A DNA stretch of 62,948 nt, counting the filler, from Choristocarpus tenellus KU-1152 (Eukaryota; Protista; Phaeophyceae), in the NCBI GenBank assembly GCA_964200185.2. It is 8 parts of 8 records of this genome, joined end to end, with 100 filler letters (N's around TTAATTAATTAA, not from the genome) between each part and the next. Parts side by side here need not be neighbours in the genome. Positions count along the whole stretch, not along the records: positions 50,872 to 56,604 come from CAXNAD020009885.1; positions 56,705 to 59,769 come from CAXNAD020022568.1; positions 59,870 to 62,948 come from CAXNAD020022469.1; 5 more parts are not named here. One strand, given 5' to 3'. A program made the position numbers and the translations under genes. Under the pieces are notes generated by a model that was not told where the DNA came from, did not search any database, and worked only from the letters and a program-made list of their open reading frames with translations. This document shows positions 53,028 to 62,948 of this stretch, piece by piece. How positions within the stretch are numbered: the stretch's first letter is position 1; every line of letters starts with the position of its first letter.

Positions 53028-53219
53028 AATAACAGCCGATTTCAAAAATTGAGGATGGAGCTTTTCATTGAGGATGGGTGATCCAAAATTGACTGGGATA
53101 AAGTGTCGATATGTTTTTTTTTTTAAATGCAATACAAAAAATATATATATCGACACTTTATCCCCGTCAATTTTAGGTCAATGAAAAGCTCTATCCTCAA
53201 TTTTTGAAATCGACTGTTA
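53028..53219. repeat. Long imperfect inverted repeat (foldback)
   Basis: Arms GATTTCAAAAATTGAGGATGGAGCTTTTCATTGA / TCAATGAAAAGCTCTATCCTCAATTTTTGAAATC and AAAATTGACTGGGATAAAGTGTCGATAT / ATATCGACACTTTATCCCCGTCAATTTT. Confidence 0.92.
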
Positions 53220-54730
53220 AATCCAACTTGATCGAATCCCAATAAAATACACCTGAATCCTAATTGAAGTAACGTTGTAGTTGGATATAATATAGTTTTC
53301 ATTGGTTTTCCCCCCTGACAAATCTGCAAAATGTCAGAGGGCATAATAATAAAATATTATTAACAGTATAATACTGCTACCAATTTGAGAGTTGATGTAC
53401 TGTTCGCGATATGTGCGCGCGATGATCGTGCGTCGCTCTCGCAAATAAGAGACGTTACAAAATCTGTCAGGGTTTGATGAAAATTGACAAAGGACTAACA
53501 AGAAGAGTTCATTGACAAAGTAGGGGCTCTAAAGTCCGCCAAGACGACTCCCTCAACCAGATGGAGACGAAATCAGAATTCGATATCATTACTGCAGTCT
53601 TGGAAGATTTGGTGCCATGGGCCCTGTGAAGCGAAGATTGAGGGTGAGGGAGTGAAAATAGGGAACTGGGCAGGGGAGAGTGTCAATTAATTGTTGTTGT
53701 GGTAAAGACGTGATAACCTCTTTCTAGTGCTTCACGAAGATGTGCATGCTGTGAGTCCACAGGAAGCTTCCTCCTGATTCTTAATTCATCGAAGCGAACA
53801 AAGACAATGCTTTCCGTACCCCTCTTCAACGATTGAAGTCACAAGACACAAAGTGCTGACGACATCGACCATTTCCAGATCTTGCATATATCATGATTTG
53901 AGCGATATTCATCTTTTGTGAGCCCTATACCTGTGAAACACTGGCAATGCTTACCTTGTCGAGACATTCCCGTATTTTCCTCGTTCTGGAATACTGCGAA
54001 GCTCCAAACTCTTGCCCTACGACTCCACCTTTCTGCAACCATCTTCGCCATCACCTCAATCGGATACTTCGACTGTTTGTCGGAATTTCGTAACCCAGAT
54101 CTATCTTGGTTCCCACTCAATATTGGAGAAATAACACCAAGTCCCATAGGCCCCTGGACGTTGAATGGATGTAATGTTGTCCTGGTGCTGTTGCCCACAC
54201 ACCAACTGTTCCCGAATATTACTGCCACCTTCCATGTGTCTGATCGATCCCATCTGCCTTGAACATCTGATACCAAAGGGTGCCATCCGGAGCACGTGGT
54301 GCCATGCGAGTCCCGGGTGTCCATGCCAGACCAGGAGTTGCCCAGATGGATCGAAAGCTGCGTGGAGGAGGCAAGGTCCGCCTTTGGACGAGGACTACCT
54401 GGATATGGGGGCACTGGCTCCCCCGGGCTTGCATTGCTACCCACCTACATGCCCTGGAGAGGAGGTGAGCACACTCAGAGAGTATAGTGTGTACTGTGAA
54501 GGGAAGAAATGCTCACCCCTCTTGTAGCTCTTGTTGATTGCCTATCGTTTTCCGCCCTCCTTCAATACTTTACCTCCAACTTACCAGCATAGTGCTCCTC
54601 AAAGGAACAGGACAAGACATGTGGGAGAGGTGGGTAATGTTTAAGTGGATCCAATTTGTGATTCTACCCATTTCTGTCTCCAACCACCTTTGGCATTGCT
54701 CATTTCCTCTTTTTCCTTTGTCCAAAATTT

Positions 54731-54989
54731 GAGTGAAAGTATCTTAGAGGGTACGAGGTTTGCCCTGTTTGTCCATTTGGGGCTTTGCTTTCCATGTTTT
54801 TTTTCATGACATTTTCCTACTCCAAAATGTGTTGGAGTATGTAAAATGAGTACGTTATGGAAAGGTGTGTCCGGAACAAGGATATTGACACTATCTGACA
54901 AACAAGATAGCCAAAATTACATCAAAATCGCAACATTGGATTTTGGCCCCCAAATGGACGCGGCCCTACCCTCTAAGATACTTTGGCTC
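54731..54989. mobile_element. MITE family B (259 bp), complete
   Basis: GAGTGAAAGTATCTTAGAGGGTA...TACCCTCTAAGATACTTTGGCTC; ATTT on both flanks. Confidence 0.94.
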
Positions 54990-56541
54990 ATTTACTGGGG
55001 TAGATTCCCTGTAGATAGAACTGCTATGTGTACACCTCAACATTGGTGGATGGAACCATTACTTTCTATTCTGCTTCATTCTATCACATACCTATGATAT
55101 AGGAGTGAAGTACCCTATGAGGGGACAAGGCAGGAACCTCTGCCAAGACCATATTCACTACACCTCACTGCCTTCTCTTGTTAATCTTACACGACAAGGT
55201 GTTGACTGTCTTAGTCCTTGGTGCATCTTGGACGTATAAATTATTCATTTTGACTTCTCTTTCCAATCAACAACTATTGTGATGTACTGTACTACCACTA
55301 TCGCTCTTGACATCTTCACTTCCCTGCAGCAGGAATTTGATAGTGTGGTTAGCCAGGGTGATGTCCCCCACACCCAGTGGTCAATGGACAGTCTGGATGG
55401 TGTCCTGAAAAAAGACTAATAGTGCTGTCAGTCAAGATTTGTCAAGTCTCCCATACCCCCAATGTGGCATGACAATTCCATTAACTCACATACTGCATCA
55501 TCTGATTTTTTCCTCATATCACTGCACTCTCTTTCCTCCTCACATTTCCACGTCAACAACAAAAAATCGAAAGATGATCAATGCCATCGATATGAAAAAT
55601 CCAGCACATCATCTTCACCAGGATCAAGCTGTCTCCACCTCCAACAAGTGAGGAATCCCTTGCAGATGGAGTCCACAACAACCAAGTTCACACAAGTATC
55701 ATATTCCTCTATGCATTCTCCGGACGTTTGGCTAGGGTCTTTCATCACCAAGTGATACATCTATATTTGACATATTAGCCTGCAAGATTCCTTGTATTAG
55801 AGCACAGTATTGGAGTATGAAGGTAACTAGAGTTCTCAGAACGTCAGATTATGAAGATAAAGGGCTGCAGTTTGATCTCCTCCAGAGCCAAGTGTCTCTA
55901 GGGTTGAACATACAAGAGGGGAGTTGACTGATGTAGTTCTCTACCGAAACGTAGGTTAGAACTCTGCATTTCTACAGGTTTGGGGAACAGGAGAGTACCT
56001 GTGTGTAGATCCCATATCCTTACACAAGTGGGTTTTCAACAGAGACTGAACAGGAGCTTGTAGTGCTGATTGCTGGGTGAACTCCAACCTTTTGACATGT
56101 GATAACAAAACTCCACATTTTCTATAGTAGAACATAGTATCACATGTTCCAAATATTTGAGCATTCCCTACATCAAGATATGTGTACAATAAAATATTTC
56201 GGCATACGAAAGCTCTTGAATTTCCATGAGCTTACCACCAACATCTGTGATGGAAGAGGGAAGCACAAGTACTTACTCTTCCTGGGCATTCCTTCTCTAC
56301 ATAGAGACCTGATACCTCCTCCACCTACTGTCAGCTACAGAAGTTTGTGGTGTATTATGTGCTGAGGGCCGTGCCATACTTAGCCTGGTATATACATAAC
56401 CATATATATACTGCATTATCTTTGCTGCCTATTGCGGATGCTACCCGTTTCACCCTTCGAATTGTTGTACCATGTAGTATCACATCCTGATGATTTGTTC
56501 TAAAAATTTGAATTATTATATATATATATATACATTGGATT

Positions 56542-56604
56542 GGGTCAAAGTATCTGAGGGGGAGGGGGGGTTGTGAGGGGGCGTCCGTTTCGGTCAAACA
56601 ACTC
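56542..56604. mobile_element. MITE family A end at contig edge
   Basis: GGGTCAAAGTATCTGAGGGGG...GTCCGTTT. Confidence 0.75.
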
Positions 56605-56704
56605 NNNNNNNNNNNNNNNNNNNNNNNNNNNNNNNNNNNNNNNNNNNNTTAATTAATTAANNNNNNNNNNNNNNNNNNNNNNNNNNNNNNNNNNNNNNNN
56701 NNNN

Positions 56705-56776
56705 AGAACCCATTGGAAGCCAAGTCCCAAATGGACAAACAGGGCAAAACTCGTACCCTCTAAGATACTTTCACTC
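56705..56776. mobile_element. MITE family B end at contig edge
   Basis: CCCAAATGGACAAACAGGGCAAAACTCGTACCCTCTAAGATACTTTCACTC. Confidence 0.9.
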
Positions 56777-56970
56777 CATCGGACTCTCAGGGATATTGCA
56801 TATCAACATATAATATATACCTAGGACCTTGTTGTATCCGATCAAATACGAAATTGCAACGGAAACACCAACATATGTATATCTCTCCCTTGGCATCAAA
56901 ATTCAGTCCGTTGAAGTTGGTAGGGAAGGAATGGAGCTTAATGATGAACTCATAGACTTCATTTTCTCAC

Positions 56971-57388
56971 CTTGGGGCGTCCGTGATGTGTCCGCCTGTT
57001 GGGTCGTGTGGGTGGTTGTTGTGAGACTCTGTTCACCGGATCACCTGCATTTTGTCTCTATCGTGCTCTCAGAAACGTTTTCTTCTTGGTCCTCTTGGCC
57101 TGAGACAATTGAAGCAAGGGAAAAGAACGCACACGAAAAAGTCAGAATCAGAAATAATAATAAGCTCAATAACAAACGCCCCCTCGAGGAAGTGAGAGTG
57201 GGGCATGAATTGAGGGGAATTGTTGCATCTTCCAACCGAAAGAGAGGCGCCATCCACACACCTCCTCTTCCTCCAGCTCCTTCTCTCTTCTCTCACGGCG
57301 GGCCTCGGCTGCAGCATTCCCCCGCTGTAGCCTCTTCCGTTCGCTCACTCTCTCGATATCTTGCTGAGGCAAGGGCGGCATGTCCATT
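56971..57388 (-). pseudogene. Two exon-like segments of an unknown gene, the second with an in-frame stop
   Basis: AG/GT-bounded MDMPPLPQQDIERVSERKRLQRGNAAAEARRERREKELEEEE followed by AKRTKKKTFLRAR*RQNAGD...GRPK; no family recognised. Confidence 0.3.
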
Positions 57389-59532
57389 CTAGGGTGAAGG
57401 AATGTGCAAGAGGGGTGAGCGTTGGCTGCATGTTGGTCAGATTTCCTTGGCGCGAATTTGACAGAGTGTGCCCTGTACGACAGGCCTGAACAGGATCGGG
57501 AGGCAATGCCAAATAAAAAGCGAGCGTTAACCCAAGACATACGCGAGCGAGAGACACGCTCCCTATCTCTCGATCGATGGAGAAAAGGTTCATGGGGAAG
57601 CCCAACATCTAAAGAATGCACGCTTGATACTTTTGAGCGGCCACTTTCGCCGTCAACAACCGAGGTTAGACCCTTACAAAATATCTTCCAGGTTCGTGAC
57701 CGACAGTGAGCTAAGCTGGCGAACGTTGAGGGACAGGAGGGTCTGATGACACTGTCCACTTGGTAGATAGAACAGAGGGCATTTGGCGCTAGGGGTATGC
57801 CTTTCGGCGGACGAAGATGAGTACAACTTTGCACCACCTTTATCCTGTTGATATTCATCCTCAGCAACCTCTACTCCAGCCTGAAATGGAGGAATTTTGA
57901 TGAATCGACGAGTCGGGTGCTCATCAGCGAATGGACAAAGAGTCAACCTCGCGATCTGATTGCCAATGCGTCGACCAAGAGCTCAAGGCGAAAACCTGCA
58001 ACGGATTCAAAATCTCCCCACTCGAACGCCCATGCCCAATCACATGTCCCCGCACGCACATCCTGGAACCCAACTCATCCTTATTATTTCCAGTCCTCAC
58101 CTGACCATAGTGTTTCCCTCGTGACATCGGATCTCCTTCTCTTTGCTGCAGACGAGCCCCTTCTCCTGGTCAAACAATTGCTCATCTTCGATAACTGAAG
58201 ATACCTCGTTTTTTGTTTTTTTGAAGATAGGAATTTGTATATTATTCAATGAAAAATTTTGTTATATTTTCCTTTCTCGTTACTTTCTGACAGTTCAAAG
58301 TTGAACGTCGTTGAGATAAAATCTGCGTGTGTGCCTCATATTACCCCCAGTAGTGGTGCACCTGTGTGGCCGCACTGTTTTGAGGTATGCCCTCTCTGCT
58401 CCTCACACTACATTATCACCACACCACCTCAATCCCGCATACCTGGGAATCAACTATCTTCAAATAAACAACGAACTTCGGATTCATTTTCAAGGGGAAT
58501 TGAATTATGTATCGATGGAGAGGGCATCTTCAACAACAACAACGAACAGCATTTAGAACAAGTGTCGCGGTCATCAAAGCATCAGAGACCGGTAGGGTCC
58601 ACAGGGCCCATCATTCTGGCCTGTTTGGTACCTCTCATTACGTCATCCCTGCACATAGACAGTGAATCTTTTTGCCTTTTTTAAACAGGTCACAACCTGT
58701 AAATCATGCCCTTCATTGAAAAGCGACTTCCTACTCTGTCTATGTGGGTCGGAATAAACACTAGCTGGTCCACATTATTATCAGAGGAAGCAATCAAATA
58801 AGTTAGGAGGAGGGCATTGAAAGTGGTCCCGCTATACATGATGATCAAATAATATATTTCTGCTCTACTAAACTGCTATAATACCAAGTCTCAACACCAC
58901 CTCTTTCAGAGGAACAACGATGGTTTGGTACAATTGCATGTAAATCAATTCACTACCAACTGTGACAATGTATACAAAAGTTTAAATGATATCCACCCAC
59001 AGGACGAATCAGAGTGGAAGATGGTTGCCATCAGATTCCTCGTGCAGAGCAGGCCCTGTTTACAGTTGGACATGTCAATGCCACCAATCCATCAAATATG
59101 AACCATCAACTGCAGGTCGAAACAGAGAGGCCTTCCATATTGCAGGCGATACAATCTGATAGTGGTTGGACATGACTTGCTACGCCGTATTGACACCTAT
59201 GTCTACAACTCGACATTTATCCACCCACAACTTCGATAGCCACGATAAGGGGAGTGACGAGAGTGGAAATAATGGGGGCATCAGAGATAGAAATAAAGAG
59301 GGAGGGAAGGTGGATATCGGGTGAATTCAGGGTATATGTAAGAGCCAACCAGAGAGATCCTGTGTGGGTCTCTAAGGGCGTGGCAGAGAGTAGGAAGGAT
59401 TGGGTATAACCAGGGCAGGAGAGGTACTGGGATGAACTAGAGTAGAAATCAACCCCGAAGGGGAGGGGAGGTCAAGTTTGTGCGGGTGATAACTGGTGTG
59501 GGGTTGAGTCGGGTTGAGTGGGGTTGAAGGGT

Positions 59533-59769
59533 GGGGTGGTGGCTGGAAATCAGTGGCGAAGGGGTCACACTGGTTGGTCGTATCAGATGTGGGGGGTGAC
59601 TGGAAATCAGTGGTGAAGGGGGTTTCACACTGGTTGGTCATCGGAGGTGGGCAGTGGCTGGAAATCAATGGCGAAAGGTGTTCGCATTGGTTGGTCTTTG
59701 CATGGGGGGGGGTGACTGGAAATCAGTGGCAAAGGGGTCGCACTGGTTGGTCATCAAATCTGGGGGGTG
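59533..59769. repeat. G-rich minisatellite, ~52-57-bp unit, ~4.3 copies
   Basis: Repeated core GTGRCTGGAAATCAGTGGCGAAGGGGTC.CACTGGTTGGTC. Confidence 0.9.
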
Positions 59770-60051
59770 NNNNNNNNNNNNNNNNNNNNNNNNNNNNNNN
59801 NNNNNNNNNNNNNTTAATTAATTAANNNNNNNNNNNNNNNNNNNNNNNNNNNNNNNNNNNNNNNNNNNNCTTTTTTCTCTCTTTTCACAAAACCCAGTCA
59901 GCGCTCAGCTATATCCCTGCCACCTCCCTCTCGCCCCCCCCCCCCCACCTCCTCCCCACTCTGACTCCTCCTTTCTCACAGCAGACTGAACCCTAACCCT
60001 AACGACAATAACATTCCAGCCGGTACAAAACAAAGCCTATCCTACTCTCAC

Positions 60052-60316
60052 CCCTCCCCCCGTGGATTTGATTAGTGAAGTGAGCTCCCCCGTGTAATCT
60101 CTAGGGGCACCCAAGCCCGCCCCAGACAAGTCAGTGCACTTGCACACTCTGAAGACCTTGGGGTTGTCACCTGTTCATTCGTTTGTTTTTGTTTTACAGG
60201 AAAAAAAAAGTACAAGCGTTTCTCGGAAGAATAATTATTAAATCAAATGTTTTCTTTGAAGAGAATAATACATTAAGTTCATATTTTTTTTAAACAAAAA
60301 AGAATATTATTTAAAT

Positions 60317-60385
<69 letters not shown>

Positions 60386-60855
60386 ATATTTAAAAGTGAG
60401 CGTTGCCAACTACCTTTACTTTGCTGTTCTTACTTACACACCCTTACTACTTTTCCCTAAAATAATACCTCTTCACAACCACAATGAGGTAGTTTAACAA
60501 CTCCCACCACATCTGTCTAGGAGATCAAATTGGATGTGCTACCAATCTCGTGTCTAAATACGACGTCACTTTTCTTCACCATACACAATTATATTTATAT
60601 TTATATAAAGCATCCCAACAGAAATCACACATCAATATCATCAATACTATCAATATCATCAATATTATCACACTCACGAAAGGCCTAGCAGATCATTCTT
60701 ACTACAAACCATCCACCTCAAACATCATTCTTACTACAACTACAACTACCACCGCACCTCAACACACAGACACAAAAACAATGACACTCCTTAAAAACAC
60801 AACATAACATAACATAACATAACATAACATAACATAACACAACACAACACAACAT

Positions 60856-60896
<41 letters not shown>

Positions 60897-61294
60897 CAAA
60901 CAACAAAAACAACCCAATAAATAAAATATCAATCTAGAATAGAAGCCTCAACACCGACAAAAACAACCCAAAAAACCAACCAAACATCCCTTCACACCCA
61001 ATACCAAACCCCATCCTCTCTCACCCAACAACGAGATCCGCGGAGCGCACGAATCCACACACCCAGTACCGCCCGCATAACCCTCTGGAAACCCAGATGA
61101 GGACGACCTGCGGGCAATGATCTTGTTGAACCCATCTCCAGACATGCACCTTGGACACCGACAAGCGTAGGTCCCCACCCTGTTCTCACAGTCTGCGTGC
61201 TCGTGGCATACGGGCATGCACCCAGCACACCGGGCTTGAGGAGAGTCTGGGGATATGCTGCACTCGTCCACATCCTCCACCGTGACCTTTTTAA

Positions 61295-61345
<51 letters not shown>

Positions 61346-62828
61346 ATTAAAATAAGTCACTTAAATGAAGCAAAAAATAAAAAATTGAAAAAATAGAAAC
61401 GTTCTCCGAACGAGAGCGGAACACTTCCTCGACTGTTTTGTTTTGCTTTATTTTTTTTCAATTTAAAAAATAAATAAATCGGTCTGTGGTGAACCAAATA
61501 AATGAACAGTAGGGTGATGCGGTTGAATTGCACAATAAATATTTTACGTATTTTTTAAGAGTACTATTTTGATCGTTAGAATTAAAAAAATAAAACTTTT
61601 GAGCAGCAATGAGTCAATTATTAGGATTTTCACCTGAATTGAAAGAGATCTACAAAAAAATAAAAAAAGAAGAGCAAAAAACCTTCAACCAATGGCAATG
61701 GACACCTCAAACCCAACAACGAGCCAATGAGATGCATTCAAGCTACAACATATATCATGGGAACTTTCAAGCAATACTCGTGACTCTCCAGATCAGTAAA
61801 ATCACTCTCACACACAGCAAGTATAAAACCATAACACGAGAGGAACTATTATTATTATTATTATTATTATCAACCCCACAAGTTACAACATTTACAAAAC
61901 CAAATTAAAAAAAAATAATAGTACAGATAATCCAGGCAAGATGAGCAGACACATATGGCACTGACGAAGGAGTGGGGGAGGGGGAGGAGACATACAGAAC
62001 TCAGCTGATACACTGTACAAACAACAAGCAGGACCGGCTCTCCTTTGATCAATAACCATATTCATCATTTTCCCCACATGAACATATCATACCACAAAGG
62101 TTGAAAAGAGGAAGTGGCAAACGACGACAGGTGGACCAGCAGGACCATGTGGGGCACATACCCTAACAGCCCCCTCCCCCCCCCCCCCCCTCTCTCTTAT
62201 CACAATGGAAAAATAATAATAAAAATAAACTGTAGATTAAAAAAAGTAACTGGGAATAGTGAGTTGAGAATACAATTGAGAACAGCAAAAACATCGTATA
62301 TATATTTTTTATAAAAAATATATACTATCGAATATCAACAAAGAAGGTAATATGAATAAACTAATAACAATAAAAATAATAATAATAATAACAAAGAAGG
62401 TAATATGAATAAACTAATAGCAATAACAATAATAATAATAATAACAAAGAAGGTAATATGAATAAACTAATAACAATAACAATAATAATAATAACAAAGA
62501 AGGTAATATAAATAAACTAATAACAACAACAATAATAATAATAACAAAGGTAATATTAATAAACTAATAACAATAACAATAATAATATCAACAAAGAGGG
62601 TAATATAAATAAACTAATAACAATAATAATAATAAACTAATAACAATAACAACAACAATAATAATAATAATAACATCAATAACAATAACAATAGTTGCTC
62701 TCACCCATCTTGTGGTAGACTGGAAGGGCGGATCTGTCCAGTCCGTCCTCAGAGTGTAGTTCACATGAAACTGACCCACCTCTGGGATGCAGCGCCCCAG
62801 TGGTCGAGAGTAGCTCACCTCAACGTTT
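60052..62828 (-). CDS. Internal exons (62828-62705, 61286-61025, 60170-60052) of a protein with a Ca-binding EGF-like domain flanked by Ig-like/DUF5011-like segments
   Basis: VTVEDVDECS...CHEHADCENRVGTYACRCPRCMSGDG fits the EGF_CA consensus; it continues CVDSCAPRISLLG|DNPKVFRVCKC; intron phases agree. Confidence 0.88.
60318..60383. repeat. (TA)n(TG)n microsatellite
   Basis: Visible directly in the sequence. Confidence 0.97.
60796..60892. repeat. Compound (AACAT/AACAC)n(AG)n microsatellite
   Basis: Visible directly in the sequence. Confidence 0.97.
62337..62692. repeat. Higher-order AAT/AAC repeat with ~50-56-bp unit (AACAAAGAAGGTAATATGAATAAACTAAT...)
   Basis: About six copies of the AAAGAAGGTAATAT anchor separated by variable (AAT)n tracts. 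Confidence 0.93.
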
Positions 62829-62948
62829 CTAATCAAAACAACACCGGCAAAGATATCAAAATTAGGAACACTTTCTTTGTCTGGTCCAAACGGTGGGGTC
62901 AGGGCCAGGGAATGATATGGATGAAGGAGTGGGGTGGGGGGGGGGTGG

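Noticed and set aside
53839-54444. 201-aa minus-strand ORF
   Set aside because: No recognisable motif or splice context; overlapping ORFs on both strands suggest GC-rich repeat sequence.

Overview
Intron-rich eukaryotic DNA, most likely a brown alga or close stramenopile relative (bipartite plastid-targeting N-terminus, one-exon-per-repeat TPR gene, Ectocarpus-like RTE LINE). The window is eight contigs joined by artificial 100-nt N/TTAATTAATTAA linkers (29675-29774, 36666-36765, 39635-39734, 44982-45081, 50772-50871, 56605-56704, 59770-59869), so adjacency across linkers means nothing. Contig 1 is gene-dense: a possible OTU-like gene or pseudogene, SUMO, a DCC1/DUF393 thiol-disulfide oxidoreductase, an EF-hand protein, an EamA/DMT transporter, a nodulin-like MFS transporter and a large hypothetical protein. 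Contig 2 holds the 3' end of a TPR gene built from 126-nt phase-0 exons in ~860-bp tandem units, with an invariant exonic core and a conserved intronic block plus palindrome; this is a candidate exon-shuffling or alternative-splicing receptor locus. Contigs 3 and 5 carry two decayed copies of a Ty3/gypsy element with a CCCH-finger Gag and a possible UGA-readthrough hairpin at the gag/pol junction, followed by a Ty1/copia RT fragment. Two related MITE families are scattered throughout. Contig 8 has three exons of an EGF-like Ca-binding protein. All gene models were spliced by eye; no searches were run.
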